This document shows, in pieces, positions 29,006-39,977 of a stretch of 64,000 nt of DNA. The notes beneath the pieces were generated by a model. The model ran no database searches and had not been told where the DNA came from. It saw only the letters and a list, made by a program, of their open reading frames with translations. Source of the DNA: an uncultured Veillonella sp. (lineage in GTDB: Bacteria; Bacillota; Negativicutes; Veillonellales; Veillonellaceae). Location of the stretch: NCBI GenBank assembly GCA_900550455.1, contig URSE01000001.1, positions 1,001 through 65,000 of the forward strand, in the 5' to 3' direction. Every line of letters starts with the position of its first letter. The first letter of the stretch is position 1. Both the position numbers and the translations under genes were made by a program.

Positions 29006-29773
29006 ATGTTATTAGTAGTAGATGTGGGAAACACCAATATCGTATTAGGTGTCTATGAAGGTGAAAATCTTAAAGGACACTGGCGGATTTCCACAGATCG
29101 TGTGCGGACAACCGACGAGTATGGGGTGCTGATCATGAACCTCTTCCTCCATGACAAGACGGTAGATGCAGAGGCCATTGACGGAGTCATAATCTCATCC
29201 GTCGTACCGCCCCTTATGCCAACCTTGGAACGAGTGTCTCGCCGCTACTTTAATGTGGAACCCTTGGTTGTAGGCCCGGGGACTAAAACAGGCATGGCCA
29301 TCAAGTACGATAACCCACGAGAAGTGGGAGCTGATCGGATTGTTAATGCGGTGGCTGCTTATGAACAGTATGGTGGTCCTATTATTATCATCGATTTTGG
29401 TACAGCGACGACCTATTGTGCGGTATTAGCTAATGGTGATTATATTGGAGGTGTAATAACACCGGGTGTCATGATCTCTGCAGAGGCTCTCTTCCAACGG
29501 GCTGCTAAATTGCCTCGTATTGAGGTGAAGGATCCAGGTCAGGTCATCAATCGCAACACTGTATCTTCTATGCAGTCGGGCATGTTTTACGGCTATGTGG
29601 GCCAGGTAGAAGGTTTGGTAGCGCGGATGAAGGCGGAAATGCCGGAAGGAACTAAGGTGGTCGCTACTGGCGGCTTAGCTCAGCTGATCGCCTCCGCAAC
29701 AGAATCCATTGATTTCGTAGAACCTAAGTTAACGCTAGAAGGATTGCGGCTCATTTATGATAAAAACAAGTAA
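29006..29773 (+). CDS. coaX: Type III pantothenate kinase
   Basis: [26 protein letters not shown] and ATGGLA. Confidence 0.95.
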   Translation: MLLVVDVGNTNIVLGVYEGENLKGHWRISTDRVRTTDEYGVLIMNLFLHDKTVDAEAIDGVIISSVVPPLMPTLERVSRRYFNVEPLVVGPGTKTGMAIKYDNPREVGADRIVNAVAAYEQYGGPIIIIDFGTATTYCAVLANGDYIGGVITPGVMISAEALFQRAAKLPRIEVKDPGQVINRNTVSSMQSGMFYGYVGQVEGLVARMKAEMPEGTKVVATGGLAQLIASATESIDFVEPKLTLEGLRLIYDKNK

Positions 29774-30776
29774 AACTTGGCAAATTGGGTCTGTGCCCAT
29801 CGAGGGCCAGGTTGTTCTAGCCCCTATGGCTGGAGTGTCTGATGTAGCCTATCGAGTCCTAGCTAAGGCTCATGGGGCTTCCTTGGTCTGTACGGAAATG
29901 GTATCAGCCATGGGTATCAAATATAAGAATGAGATCACTAAGGGGATGCTCTTCATTGAGGAGGGGGAAGGACCTGTGTCCATGCAGGTCTTTGGGTCTG
30001 ATCCGGAAACGGTGGCCTTAGGAGCAAAGACTATCTCTGAGGCGGGAGCTGATATTGTTGATATCAATATGGGATGCCCTGTGAAGAAGGTGGTCTCCTC
30101 TGGTGATGGATCGGCTCTTATGAAAAATCCAGATTTAGCAGCACGGGTAGCAGAGGCCACAGTAAATGCTGTGGATGGGCCTGTGACGGTTAAGATGCGA
30201 CTGGGATGGGATGAAGACTCCATCAATGTAGTAGATTTTGCTAAACGCATTGAGTCTACTGGTGTGGCCGCCATTGCTGTTCATGGTAGGACCAGGCAAC
30301 AAATGTATATGGGCCGAGCCAACTGGGATTATATTAAAGCTGTCAAAGAGGCGGTCAAGTCTATTCCTGTTATCGGTAATGGGGATATTACCAGTCCACA
30401 GGACGCTAAGGCCATGTTAGATCAAACGGGCTGCGATGCCGTTATGATTGGACGTGGAGCCCATGGTAATCCTTGGATCTTTGAGCGGACGAATACTTAT
30501 TTGGAAACAGGAACTCTCTTATCAGAACCCTCTTGGGAGGACCGGATTGATATGCTGTATAAGCACTTCCAAAACCTGGTTAAGTATAAGGGCCATGATG
30601 CGGCAGTTCGGGAAATTCGCACCCACGCAGGCTGGTATTTGAAGGGCTTACCTGAGGCGGCCCGCTACCGGAATACCATTAACAACCTCCATACGGAGGG
30701 GGCTTTTAGGGCGGCAATTGAAAGCTACCGGGAAACCCTAGCAAAATTGACAAATACAGGGGCTATGGTAAAATAG
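29757..30776 (+). CDS. dusB: tRNA-dihydrouridine synthase B
   Basis: [27 protein letters not shown] and VMIGRG. Confidence 0.94.
   Translation: MIKTSKTWQIGSVPIEGQVVLAPMAGVSDVAYRVLAKAHGASLVCTEMVSAMGIKYKNEITKGMLFIEEGEGPVSMQVFGSDPETVALGAKTISEAGADIVDINMGCPVKKVVSSGDGSALMKNPDLAARVAEATVNAVDGPVTVKMRLGWDEDSINVVDFAKRIESTGVAAIAVHGRTRQQMYMGRANWDYIKAVKEAVKSIPVIGNGDITSPQDAKAMLDQTGCDAVMIGRGAHGNPWIFERTNTYLETGTLLSEPSWEDRIDMLYKHFQNLVKYKGHDAAVREIRTHAGWYLKGLPEAARYRNTINNLHTEGAFRAAIESYRETLAKLTNTGAMVK
30747..30774 (+). promoter_or_regulatory. Near-consensus promoter for greA-lysS inside the dusB 3' end
   Basis: TTGACA (30747-30752), 16 bp spacer, TG-G-TAAAAT (-10 at 30769-30774). Confidence 0.8.
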
Positions 30777-30799
30777 TTTCTATATGTATAGAAAAGTGG

Positions 30800-30833
30800 A
30801 GAAGTGTCATATAAGGTGACACTTCTTCTTATT
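30800..30833 (+). terminator. Terminator-like hairpin in the greA leader
   Basis: AGAAGTGTCA-TATAAGG-TGACACTTCT followed by TCTTATT. Confidence 0.6.
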
Positions 30834-30862
30834 CATAATCTAAGAAAGAGTGGTTAAATTAT

Positions 30863-31336
30863 ATGGCAGAAGTAAAAGAAACCCTTCTTACAGCAGAAGG
30901 CCTTAAAAAACTTGAAGAAGAACTTGCTCATTACAAATCTGTACGCCGTATTGAAGTAGCAGCACGGATTAAAACAGCCATTGAATATGGCGATATTTCG
31001 GAAAACTCTGAATACGATGATGCTAAGAATGAACAAGCTTTCATTGAAGGTCATATCGTTGAACTAGAGAATAAGATTAATACAGCTAAGATTATTGATG
31101 GTAAGGCAACAAAAGGTCGCGTATCTGTCGGTTCTAAGGTAAAGGTCTTAGATACCCAATACGACGAAAAAATGGAATATACCATCGTTGGCTCCTCTGA
31201 AGCGGACCCATTCAACAACCGCATTTCTAATGAATCCCCTGTAGGGGCAGCTATTTTGGGTAAGAAAAAGGGCGATAAGGTAGAAGTAACTACGCCAGAT
31301 GGCCCAGTAGTATTCGAGATTTTATCCGTAAAATAG
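30863..31336 (+). CDS. greA: Transcription elongation factor GreA
   Basis: LTAEG.KKLEEEL, GDISENSEYD.AK and ISNESPVG. Confidence 0.97.
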   Translation: MAEVKETLLTAEGLKKLEEELAHYKSVRRIEVAARIKTAIEYGDISENSEYDDAKNEQAFIEGHIVELENKINTAKIIDGKATKGRVSVGSKVKVLDTQYDEKMEYTIVGSSEADPFNNRISNESPVGAAILGKKKGDKVEVTTPDGPVVFEILSVK

Positions 31337-31354
31337 TTGAATTAGGAGTACATT

Positions 31355-32899
31355 ATGAGTGAAGATGTAAAAAACACAGATCTTGCAGCCGCAGAAGAAC
31401 TCAATGATCAAATGCAACACCGCCGCGATAAATTGGCTCAATACGAAGATAAAGGGGTCTATCCATTCGGTCAACGTTTTGTTGTGCGTGAACATACACA
31501 AGAAGTTAAAGATGACTTTATCAACTTTGATGGCCAACCAGTGGTTATGGCCGGTCGATTGATGACTATGCGGTCTCATGGTAAGACTGCTTTTGCTAAT
31601 ATCCGTGATAAGGCAGGGGATATCCAAATTTACTTCCGCAAGGATGTGATGGGGGAAGAGGCTTACGAATTCGTAAAAATGCTCGATATTGGTGATATCA
31701 TTGGTGTTGAAGGCCATGTTTTCCGTACCCATAAGGGTGAAATCACCGTTAAGGTGAATACGTTAACCCTACTCTCTAAGTCTCTTCGCCCATTGCCTGA
31801 AAAATGGCATGGATTGACTAATACGGAATTGCGTTACCGTCAACGTTATGTCGATCTCATCGTCAACCCTGAAGTGCGGGATACCTTTGTAAAACGGTCT
31901 AAAATTGTAGCTAAGATTCGCCAATACATGATGGCCCATGATTTCATGGAAGTGGAAACACCTATGATGCATGCCATTCCAGGTGGTGCAGCGGCTCGAC
32001 CTTTCATTACCCACCATAATGCTTTGGATATTGACATCTACATGCGTATTGCTCCAGAGCTCTACCTCAAGCGCTTAATCGTAGGGGGCATGGAACGGGT
32101 CTTCGAAATGAACCGTTGCTTCCGTAATGAAGGCATCGATAACCGTCATAACCCTGAGTTCACCACTATCGAATCCTACCAAGCTTACGGCGACGTAGAA
32201 GACGCTATTCGTTTGACAGAAAATATCGTTTCTTATTGTGCACAAGAAGTATTAGGCACACAAGAAATCACCTACCAAGGGACTGAAATCAACCTTACAC
32301 CACCTTGGAACCGCATTACTATGGCGGAAGGCGTTAAAAAGTATACAGGTGAAGACTTTGATGCAGTAACATCCATTGAAGAAGCACGTGCTATTGCTGA
32401 CCGTCTCAATGTAGAATACACAGATAATGATGGAATTGGTAAGATTTTGAACCTTTGCTTCGAGGATTATGTAGAAGCTAATCTCATCCAACCAACTATC
32501 GTCTATGGACATCCAAAGGAAATATCCCCATTGGCAAAGGCCAACCGGGAAAATCCATTGGCTACCGAACGGTTTGAAGCTTTCATCTATGGCCGTGAAC
32601 TCGCTAATGGCTTCTCCGAATTAAATGATCCGATTGACCAAAAACAACGCTTCCTAGATCAATTAAAAGAACGGGAACACGGTGATGACGAAGCGCATCG
32701 CATGGACGAAGATTTTGTAACCGCTTTGGAATATGGCTTGCCACCAACATCTGGCTTGGGTATCGGTATTGACCGTCTGGTTATGTTCTTGACAGACTCT
32801 GCTTCTATCCGGGATGTATTGCTCTTCCCATTGATGAAGCCGGAAGGTCAAGCTAAGCCAGCGACTAACTACGAAGATGTTAAAGTTGATGCTGAATAA
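31355..32899 (+). CDS. lysS: Lysine--tRNA ligase (class II)
   Basis: [28 protein letters not shown] and GLGIGIDRL. Confidence 0.97.
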   Translation: MSEDVKNTDLAAAEELNDQMQHRRDKLAQYEDKGVYPFGQRFVVREHTQEVKDDFINFDGQPVVMAGRLMTMRSHGKTAFANIRDKAGDIQIYFRKDVMGEEAYEFVKMLDIGDIIGVEGHVFRTHKGEITVKVNTLTLLSKSLRPLPEKWHGLTNTELRYRQRYVDLIVNPEVRDTFVKRSKIVAKIRQYMMAHDFMEVETPMMHAIPGGAAARPFITHHNALDIDIYMRIAPELYLKRLIVGGMERVFEMNRCFRNEGIDNRHNPEFTTIESYQAYGDVEDAIRLTENIVSYCAQEVLGTQEITYQGTEINLTPPWNRITMAEGVKKYTGEDFDAVTSIEEARAIADRLNVEYTDNDGIGKILNLCFEDYVEANLIQPTIVYGHPKEISPLAKANRENPLATERFEAFIYGRELANGFSELNDPIDQKQRFLDQLKEREHGDDEAHRMDEDFVTALEYGLPPTSGLGIGIDRLVMFLTDSASIRDVLLFPLMKPEGQAKPATNYEDVKVDAE

Positions 32900-32907
32900 G
32901 AATCCTG

Positions 32908-32940
32908 AAAAACGCTTGCACCTTGTGCAGGCGTTTTTTT
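32908..32940 (+). terminator. Intrinsic terminator after lysS
   Basis: AAAAACGCTTGCAC-CTT-GTGCAGGCGTTTTTTT. Confidence 0.88.
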
Positions 32941-33151
32941 GTGTGCTTCTCTAGCTAGCTATTAGTCTGGGCTAGCAAACCTTACGTGTATATATGCGAA
33001 TAAAGGGGGCTAAGAAACTCAAAGTCTAGGGAACGAAAAATATTCTGTAAATGCTAGTTGAGAATAAGAGGATGATTATTAGCCTGTAATGTGTTATATT
33101 TTATGTGTATTAAAATACTGATTTGTCATCCAGATTAAAGAGGCAGAGACT

Positions 33152-34432
33152 ATGTTAGATTTAAAATTTGTTAGGGAAAATCTTGACGCCGTGCAAGCAA
33201 ATCTCGACCACCGTCACACGGAAGGAAAACTTGATGATTATGCTAAATTGTATGATGAACGGAAAGAAATCATTCAAGAAGTAGAACAATTAAAGGCTCA
33301 CCGGAATGCTGTATCCGATGAAATTGCTCAATTGAAACGTAACAAAGAATCGGCGGATGATAAAATCGCAGAAATGAAGACGGTAGGCGATCAAATTGCA
33401 GACTTGGATAATCGAGGCCGCGATGTAGAAACTAAACTTCGCGATATCGCCCTTCGTCTACCAAATATGTGCGACCCATCTGTTCCTGTAGGGAATGATG
33501 AAAATGACAATCCTGAAATGCGTAAATGGTCTATGCCTCGCCAATTTGACTTCCCAATTCAAGCCCACTGGGACCTTGGGGAATCCTTGGACATTTTAGA
33601 TTTTGAACGCGCTACTAAGGAGTCTGGTGCCCGCTTTACTATCTATAAGGGCTTTGGGGCTCGTATGGAACGGGCTTTGATCAACTTCATGTTGGATCTT
33701 CATTGTGACAAGCAAGGCTATACAGAAATGATGACACCTTACATGGTTACAACTGATACTTTGACTGGTACAGGTCAACTGCCAAAGTTTGCTGAAGATA
33801 TGTATAAGGTTGAAGGGCAAGATTATTTTTTGATTCCAACGGCAGAAGTGACTCTGACTAATTATCATTCCGGGGAAATCTTGAAGGAAGAGGACTTACC
33901 TAAGTATTATACGGCTTTCACCGCTTGCTTCCGGTCTGAAGCAGGTTCTGCCGGCCGCGATACACGGGGGCTCATCCGTCAACATCAATTCAACAAAGTT
34001 GAAATGGTTAAGATTGCCCATCCTGATCACTCCTGGGATGAGCTTGAAAAACTTACCGATAACGCAGAAGAAGTCTTGCGCTTACTCGAATTGCCACACC
34101 GCGTGATTACCTTGTGCACGGGAGATATTGGCTTTGGCTCTGCTAAAACCTATGACGTGGAAGTGTGGATGCCAGCACAGAATACCTATCGAGAAATCTC
34201 CTCTTGTTCTAATATGACTGATTTCCAAGCACGTCGTGCTAATATTCGATTCCGCCGCAATGGTAAGGGCAAACCAGAATTTGTTCATACCTTGAATGGG
34301 TCTGGCTTGGCCGTAGGTCGTACGGTAGCGGCTATCTTAGAAAACTACCAAGAAGAGGATGGATCTGTTCGCATACCTAAGGTATTACAACCATACATGG
34401 GTGGCTTAGAAGTTATCAAACCTGTTAAATAA
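33152..34432 (+). CDS. serS: Serine--tRNA ligase
   Basis: [45 protein letters not shown] and LNGSGLA. Confidence 0.97.
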   Translation: MLDLKFVRENLDAVQANLDHRHTEGKLDDYAKLYDERKEIIQEVEQLKAHRNAVSDEIAQLKRNKESADDKIAEMKTVGDQIADLDNRGRDVETKLRDIALRLPNMCDPSVPVGNDENDNPEMRKWSMPRQFDFPIQAHWDLGESLDILDFERATKESGARFTIYKGFGARMERALINFMLDLHCDKQGYTEMMTPYMVTTDTLTGTGQLPKFAEDMYKVEGQDYFLIPTAEVTLTNYHSGEILKEEDLPKYYTAFTACFRSEAGSAGRDTRGLIRQHQFNKVEMVKIAHPDHSWDELEKLTDNAEEVLRLLELPHRVITLCTGDIGFGSAKTYDVEVWMPAQNTYREISSCSNMTDFQARRANIRFRRNGKGKPEFVHTLNGSGLAVGRTVAAILENYQEEDGSVRIPKVLQPYMGGLEVIKPVK

Positions 34433-34443
34433 GGAGGCATATT

Positions 34444-35406
34444 ATGGATCGTACATTATCCCTAGAATTCGCTCGCGTTGTAGAAGCTGCAGCACTTCGT
34501 TCTGGTAAATTATTAGGTCGTGGCAAAAAGGATGAAGCTGATGGCCTAGCTGTAGACGCGATGCGTCAAGCTTTCAATGATGTAGCTATCTCTGGTACCG
34601 TGGTAATCGGGGAAGGGGAAATCGATGAAGCACCAATGCTTTACATCGGTGAAAAAGTTGGCCGTGGCGGCCCGGAAGTGGATATTGCCGTGGATCCTAT
34701 TGAAGGGACTAATCTTATTGCTAAGGGGCAAAATGGAGCCATTGCGGTTATGGCTATTGCAGAGCATGGAGGTCTTCTTCATGCACCAGATATGTACATG
34801 CAAAAAATCTGTGTAGGTCCTCGTGGGGCTGGGGCTATCGACTTAGATAAGTCCCTTACAGAAAACCTTCAAAATGTGGCCAAGAAGATGGGCCGAAACG
34901 TGGATGAATTGACCGTAGTTATGTTAGACCGCGAGCGTCATTATGCGTTAATGAAAGAAGCTCGTGAAGCAGGTGCTCGTGTTCGTCTCATCTCTGATGG
35001 CGATGTAAACCCAGCTATGGAAGCTTGTATTGAAGGTTCTGGCGTCCATATGGTAGTTGGCGTTGGTGGGGCCCCTGAAGGGGTTTTAGCTGCAGCTGCT
35101 CTCAAGTGCGCTGGTGGCGATATGCAAGCCCGTCTCAAACCATTAACAGCACAAGAAGAACAACGATGCCACGATATGGGAATTAAGGATCTCAATAAAG
35201 TTCTTACCTTGGATGACTTGGTACCTAGTGATGATGTTATCTTCGCAGCTACGGCCATTACGCAAGGTAACTTATTAAAAGGTCTCCAATACTTCTCTGG
35301 CGGAGCTCGTACTCATACCATTGTTATGCGGTCTAAAACAGGTACGGTTCGCTTCCTTGATACCATTCATATGGATAAGAAATTAGAAACCATCAAAGCC
35401 AAATAA
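34444..35406 (+). CDS. glpX: Class II fructose-1,6-bisphosphatase
   Basis: VIGEGEIDEAPML, AVDPIEGT and GGAPEGV. Confidence 0.96.
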   Translation: MDRTLSLEFARVVEAAALRSGKLLGRGKKDEADGLAVDAMRQAFNDVAISGTVVIGEGEIDEAPMLYIGEKVGRGGPEVDIAVDPIEGTNLIAKGQNGAIAVMAIAEHGGLLHAPDMYMQKICVGPRGAGAIDLDKSLTENLQNVAKKMGRNVDELTVVMLDRERHYALMKEAREAGARVRLISDGDVNPAMEACIEGSGVHMVVGVGGAPEGVLAAAALKCAGGDMQARLKPLTAQEEQRCHDMGIKDLNKVLTLDDLVPSDDVIFAATAITQGNLLKGLQYFSGGARTHTIVMRSKTGTVRFLDTIHMDKKLETIKAK

Positions 35407-35415
35407 AATGAAATC

Positions 35416-35444
35416 AATCCCTAGTATATATACTGGGGGTTTTT
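35416..35444 (+). terminator. Probable intrinsic terminator after glpX
   Basis: AATCCCTAGTATA-TATACTGGGGGTT followed by a T run (stem with G:U pairs). Confidence 0.65.
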
Positions 35445-35566
35445 CATTGTTTTTTCATACAAACTCCTTGCCCTTATATTGAAAAAATTGCTATACTTAT
35501 ATGTAAGATTTTATACACTGGGCGCTTGAGGCGTTTTTATAGATCGTGTTACTAGGAGGAAGTCTG

Positions 35567-36832
35567 TTGGAAAAGTTGATTATCCAAGGGGGCCATCGTT
35601 TAGAAGGCCGTGTTCGCGTTAGCTCTGCGAAAAATGCCGTTTTGCCTATCATTGCTGCTACTATGTTGGCATCTACGCCGAGCACATTGGTGGAAATCCC
35701 TAAATTGGCAGACGTAAAAACGATTTGTGCTGTTATTGAATCCCTCGGTGTTAAGGTAACCTTTGATTCAGAGGCGGATGAAATTCATTTTGACGCGTCC
35801 CATATTGAAGCTACAGAAGCGCCGGCAGAACTGGTACGGAAGATGCGGGCATCCTTCTTGGTTATGGGCCCTCTCTTGGCCCGAAAAGGGGAAGCTAAGA
35901 TTGCTCTACCAGGCGGTTGTGCCATAGGTAGTCGCCCTATCGATCTTCACCTTAAGGCTTTTGAGGCCTTGGGATGCGAGATTGAAATCACTGATGATTA
36001 TGTACGAGCAGTAGCACCTGAGGGTTTAAAAGGTAACCAAATCTACTTGGATTTCCCATCCGTAGGAGCTACAGAAAATGTCATCATGGCAGCTTCTATG
36101 GCAGAAGGGAAGACTATTATTGAAAATGCTGCTGAAGAACCTGAAATTGTTGATTTGGCGACCTATTTAAATTCCATGGGGGCCAATATAAAAGGGGCTG
36201 GCACTAATGTGATTCGTATTGAAGGGGTGCTAGAACTTAAAGGTGCTGTTCATACGGTTATTCCTGACCGTATCGAAGCAGGTACCTATCTTATAGCAGC
36301 GGCTATGGCCGGTGGTGATGTATATGTAGAAAACGCCTTGTCTGAACACTTAAAGCCGGTGGTGGCTAAGCTTAAAGAAGCCGGTGTCCATGTAGAAGAA
36401 GATGTGGATGGAATCCGGGTTATTTCCGATGGTACAGGCATGAAAGCTGTGGATATTAAAACGCTACCTTACCCAGGTTTCCCTACGGATATGCAGGCAC
36501 AGTTCATGGCTTTTACAACTATCTGCCAAGGGACCTCTACAGTTACAGAAACAGTCTTTGAAAATCGCTTTATGCATGTAGCAGAGCTTCGCCGTATGGG
36601 CGCTCATATTGATATTGAAGAACGGAAAGCCATCGTGGAAGGCGTTGCAGGTCTTCATGGGGCTGAAGTTAAAGCTACAGACCTTCGAGCTGGCGCAGCT
36701 CTTGTCTGTGCAGGTCTTTGTGCAGAAGGACAGACTAAGGTTAGCAACTTGCACCACATCGATCGTGGCTATGATAATTTAGTAAGTAAATTAGAAAAGT
36801 TGGGTGCGCACATTGTTCGGGTTGACGAATAA
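35567..36832 (+). CDS. murA: UDP-N-acetylglucosamine 1-carboxyvinyltransferase
   Basis: [22 protein letters not shown] (catalytic Cys), PGFPTDMQ and IDRGY. The TTG at 35567 follows AGGAGG. TGCTATACT at 35489-35497. Confidence 0.96.
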   Translation: MEKLIIQGGHRLEGRVRVSSAKNAVLPIIAATMLASTPSTLVEIPKLADVKTICAVIESLGVKVTFDSEADEIHFDASHIEATEAPAELVRKMRASFLVMGPLLARKGEAKIALPGGCAIGSRPIDLHLKAFEALGCEIEITDDYVRAVAPEGLKGNQIYLDFPSVGATENVIMAASMAEGKTIIENAAEEPEIVDLATYLNSMGANIKGAGTNVIRIEGVLELKGAVHTVIPDRIEAGTYLIAAAMAGGDVYVENALSEHLKPVVAKLKEAGVHVEEDVDGIRVISDGTGMKAVDIKTLPYPGFPTDMQAQFMAFTTICQGTSTVTETVFENRFMHVAELRRMGAHIDIEERKAIVEGVAGLHGAEVKATDLRAGAALVCAGLCAEGQTKVSNLHHIDRGYDNLVSKLEKLGAHIVRVDE

Positions 36833-38075
36833 AAAGAAAAATCGTAAAAGTGAATCACCTAGACGGGTGGAAGGTCTCAAAGGACAACCGCGGGCTCGCA
36901 AAGAGGGGCGAAAATCAGAGGTCCTAACTAAGGAACAATTGGTACAGAACCGGATTGCCCGTCGTCAAAAGCGGACTAAGACTATCGCTAAGTTGACGCC
37001 GCAAATGAAGCTTAAGAGGGAGGCTGCCCATAAAAAGGCAGGCTCCTTCTTATCTGGTCTCAATTGGAACATGACCTATGATATAGGAATTGATCTGGGG
37101 ACAGCCAATGTTTTACTGTATGTAAAAGGACGTGGCTTAGTTCTGGATGAACCTGGTTTTGTAGCGCGAGATACTAAGACTCAAGAGGTGTTGGCTGTAG
37201 GGGCTAAGGCCCGTCGTATGTGGGGGCGCACCCCTGTAGGCATAGAAGTTATCCGCCCCTTGCAGGAAGGAGTCATAGCTGATTATGATATGACAGAATT
37301 TATGTTACGTCATTTTGTCCGGGCTGTAGTTCCTGCATCGGTCTTGGTAAGGACGCGAATTGTAGCTTGTGTCCCTTCAGGTATTACTCCTGTTGGTAAA
37401 CGGGCTATTTTAGAAGCCCTGCTTCGGACGGGCGCTCGTAAGACTGTTCTCATTGAAGAACCCCTGGCTGCGGCTATGGGGACAGGTCTCGATAAAGCTC
37501 GGGATGTAGGCGCTATGGTTGTCGATATGGGCGGCGGCACTACTGATATTGCTGTTGTTTGTGATTCGGGTGTAGTTGTGTCAGAGTCCCTGCCCATAGG
37601 CGGAGATCGCTTTGATGAGGCTATTGTCCGCTATATTAAGCGGAAGCGACGCTTGGTTATCGGCTATCCTACGGCAGAGGAAATCAAGATTTCCATTGGG
37701 ACTGTAGATCGTAAGGCTCCTAAGCAAGATATGGTCGTTAGAGGCCGTGACTTGGGAACTGGACTTCCCAAGTCTACGCTGGTTTCGTCTCAGGAAATTC
37801 AAGAGGCCATGGAAGCGCATATGGTCTCCATTTTGGAAGGCATAAAAAATATCCTCGAAAAAACGCCGCCAGAATTAGTCGCAGCTATTGCGGATCATGG
37901 TATCATCCTAACGGGAGGAGGTGCTCTTTTGGATGGGGTAGACCGAATCATAACAAGAGTGATTGGTATTGCAGCTTATTTAGTAGAAGCACCTCGATAT
38001 GCAGTAATTCGAGGGACGGCCAAGGCCCTTGAAGAAATGTCCTCTCTACAAGACACCCTAGAAGAACTTCAGTAG
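36804..38075 (+). CDS. mbl: MreB/Mbl-like actin homologue; core starts at 37071, with a possible basic N-terminal extension (start uncertain)
   Basis: [40 protein letters not shown] and LTGGGALL. Position after murA matches Firmicute mbl. Confidence 0.85.
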   Translation: MRTLFGLTNKKKNRKSESPRRVEGLKGQPRARKEGRKSEVLTKEQLVQNRIARRQKRTKTIAKLTPQMKLKREAAHKKAGSFLSGLNWNMTYDIGIDLGTANVLLYVKGRGLVLDEPGFVARDTKTQEVLAVGAKARRMWGRTPVGIEVIRPLQEGVIADYDMTEFMLRHFVRAVVPASVLVRTRIVACVPSGITPVGKRAILEALLRTGARKTVLIEEPLAAAMGTGLDKARDVGAMVVDMGGGTTDIAVVCDSGVVVSESLPIGGDRFDEAIVRYIKRKRRLVIGYPTAEEIKISIGTVDRKAPKQDMVVRGRDLGTGLPKSTLVSSQEIQEAMEAHMVSILEGIKNILEKTPPELVAAIADHGIILTGGGALLDGVDRIITRVIGIAAYLVEAPRYAVIRGTAKALEEMSSLQDTLEELQ

Positions 38076-38160
38076 GGCCAGCGCTCTTCAGTACTATTAA
38101 AGGTGGAATTTGTAGTAGACCTCTTAGGAGTAATCCGGTCATATAGTGAATACGATAAAT

Positions 38161-38220
38161 AACCTCTGAGTAAGATGAATAAAAGCTAAAGCTTTTATAA
38201 ATTCTAAGCTCAGAGGTTTT
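38161..38220 (+). terminator. Long interrupted hairpin after mbl
   Basis: Outer stem AACCTCTGAG (38161-38170) / CTCAGAGGTT (38209-38218), inner stem ATAAAAGC / GCTTTTAT, then Ts. Confidence 0.65.
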
Positions 38221-38239
38221 CTGGTCTCTAGGCTATGTA

Positions 38240-38248
38240 TGTTATAAT
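38240..38248 (+). promoter_or_regulatory. Extended -10 promoter at the head of the OM cluster
   Basis: TG-T-TATAAT about 40 nt upstream of the 38288 ATG. Confidence 0.6.
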
Positions 38249-38287
38249 AAAGAGTAAATTATTTTGGAGGATTGGAGGTATTAACCT

Positions 38288-39622
38288 ATGAAGTGGAAGG
38301 CAATAGTCACGGTCCTAGCCCTAACGAGTTTCTCTATCAATGGTGCTTTGGCTGTTACAGTGACAGGTTTACGCGCTAATGATACAACTAATCGTAGTCG
38401 CCTTGTCTTAGATTTATCGGCAAAACCTGAAGGCTGGACTACATCCTATGATGAAGCAAACCATGAGGTAACTGTGAGCCTTCCTAAATCGTCCAATCAA
38501 ATACAGGAGGGTCACCTCAATGGAGGCAAGGAAAAAGGTGTCCTTAAGGGCATTGCCATTGAAGAAAAGGACCCTCTAAAGTTCATCTTCCAAGCTGACG
38601 CTGCAGTTCAATACCATGCCTTTGCCTTGGAAAATCCCAATCGTATCGTAGTAGATATGTTTGCGGCTATATCCAATAAGACTAGCAAAAATTTAGATTC
38701 GTCTCTTAGCTTGATCAAATGGAATACTACGGGCCAAGAGGGCCCAGTGCAAGTGACGGCGCTGACTGCTCCCGCCGGGGTAGCTATGAAGGTCTATAGC
38801 AATCAAGCTGGCAATGATGTGGAGGAGGTATCCTCTGTCAATCGGGCTGCTGTTGGCCTTAAGCAAAAGGGAAAGTACATTCCCGTGTCCGTAACGGATA
38901 CAGCGGGCCAAGGGATTGCACCTGATTCCTTAACAAAGACGGCCCAATTGGTTTATGGAGCGGGCCGGGGCTATACCATTAATAGCCAAAAGATAAGCCT
39001 TCAAGTGTCCGCTAATAAATGGACCCTGCCTGTAACTGGCATCAATCAGGCTCGTATGGCGAATGATTTAATTCTCTATACGGATACCTTTGGCGCTTCT
39101 ACAGGGACTAATGCCTTTGGACGAGAAGTAACTGTTATAAATGGCAAGGTGACGGCTCTAGCAAAGGCTAATTCCCCACTGGCTAAGGGGGCTATGGTCT
39201 TGTCAGGTCATGGGACTAGTGCGGATAAGCTCAAGACTCTTAAGGTGGGGGATTCTCTTTCTATTCGGACTGCTCCAGCCCTGGCTAAGGTGTCTACAGA
39301 GGGTGCTATTACCTACGCTAAAGGGAGCCCAGTTCTTATTGGCGGAGCGTATGTAGGGCCTAAGTCCAATAGCCGTTTGGCTCGGACCTTTATCGGCACC
39401 ACGAAAAATCGAGGCCTCATAGCTATGGCTGTTGATCAGGATGGCAAGACCTCTATGGGGGTTACCTCTAAGGAAGGGGTTAATCTTATCAAGCAACTAG
39501 GGGCCATTGATGCTCTTGAGCTCAATGGGCAAGGCGCAGCAGATATGGCCTATAAGGGTAAGGTAATCCATCAAGATCAAAATCAAGCAAAAACTTATGA
39601 GGATATGTTAGTACTTAAATAA
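38288..39622 (+). CDS. Exported AMIN-domain protein with a degenerate phosphodiester-glycosidase (NAGPA-like) C-terminal domain
   Basis: Signal peptide ending ALA. AMIN-like RSRLVLDL and FALENPNRIVVD. C-terminal ARTFIG..AVDQ..S.GVT..QLGAIDALELNGQGA. Confidence 0.7.
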   Translation: MKWKAIVTVLALTSFSINGALAVTVTGLRANDTTNRSRLVLDLSAKPEGWTTSYDEANHEVTVSLPKSSNQIQEGHLNGGKEKGVLKGIAIEEKDPLKFIFQADAAVQYHAFALENPNRIVVDMFAAISNKTSKNLDSSLSLIKWNTTGQEGPVQVTALTAPAGVAMKVYSNQAGNDVEEVSSVNRAAVGLKQKGKYIPVSVTDTAGQGIAPDSLTKTAQLVYGAGRGYTINSQKISLQVSANKWTLPVTGINQARMANDLILYTDTFGASTGTNAFGREVTVINGKVTALAKANSPLAKGAMVLSGHGTSADKLKTLKVGDSLSIRTAPALAKVSTEGAITYAKGSPVLIGGAYVGPKSNSRLARTFIGTTKNRGLIAMAVDQDGKTSMGVTSKEGVNLIKQLGAIDALELNGQGAADMAYKGKVIHQDQNQAKTYEDMLVLK

Positions 39623-39668
39623 ATGATTAATTATAGGCGTAAGTAATCAATTGACCAAGGAGTTATTT

Positions 39669-39959
39669 ATGACGATGAAAAAAACTTTAGCGACTGTGCT
39701 AGTAGCAAGTGCTATGTCCACAGGACTGGCTATGGCACAACCATTAGAACACCACACCGTTCTTACGGGAACAGTAGCTTCTGTAGTGCCGCTAGGCGCT
39801 CAAGTGCAAGAAGGGGATACCTTAGTTACGGTAGAAACCTTAGCTGGCCCTATGGCAGCTTCTAAAGCCGTTGTGAGCGGTCAAGTGACAGCTGTAGAAG
39901 TACATGCAGGAGAGTCCGTACAACGGGGACAAGCAGTGGTCGTAGTCGAGTCCAAGTAA
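39669..39959 (+). CDS. Exported biotinyl/lipoyl-like domain protein lacking the attachment lysine
   Basis: Signal peptide MTMKKTLA..AMA. Pattern GTV..GAQVQEGDTLVTVE..SGQV..V.AGESVQRGQ. AAGGAG RBS. Confidence 0.78.
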   Translation: MTMKKTLATVLVASAMSTGLAMAQPLEHHTVLTGTVASVVPLGAQVQEGDTLVTVETLAGPMAASKAVVSGQVTAVEVHAGESVQRGQAVVVVESK

Positions 39960-39977
39960 GATAGGGGAGATACTGAT

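Noticed and set aside
32941..33151. Possible T-box riboswitch upstream of serS
   Set aside because: No GGTGG.ACC.CG T-box core, AGAGA/GNTG stem I motifs or leader terminator visible.
38076..38160. Possible ncRNA or riboswitch after mbl
   Set aside because: No recognisable aptamer motif. Only the downstream hairpin is supportable.
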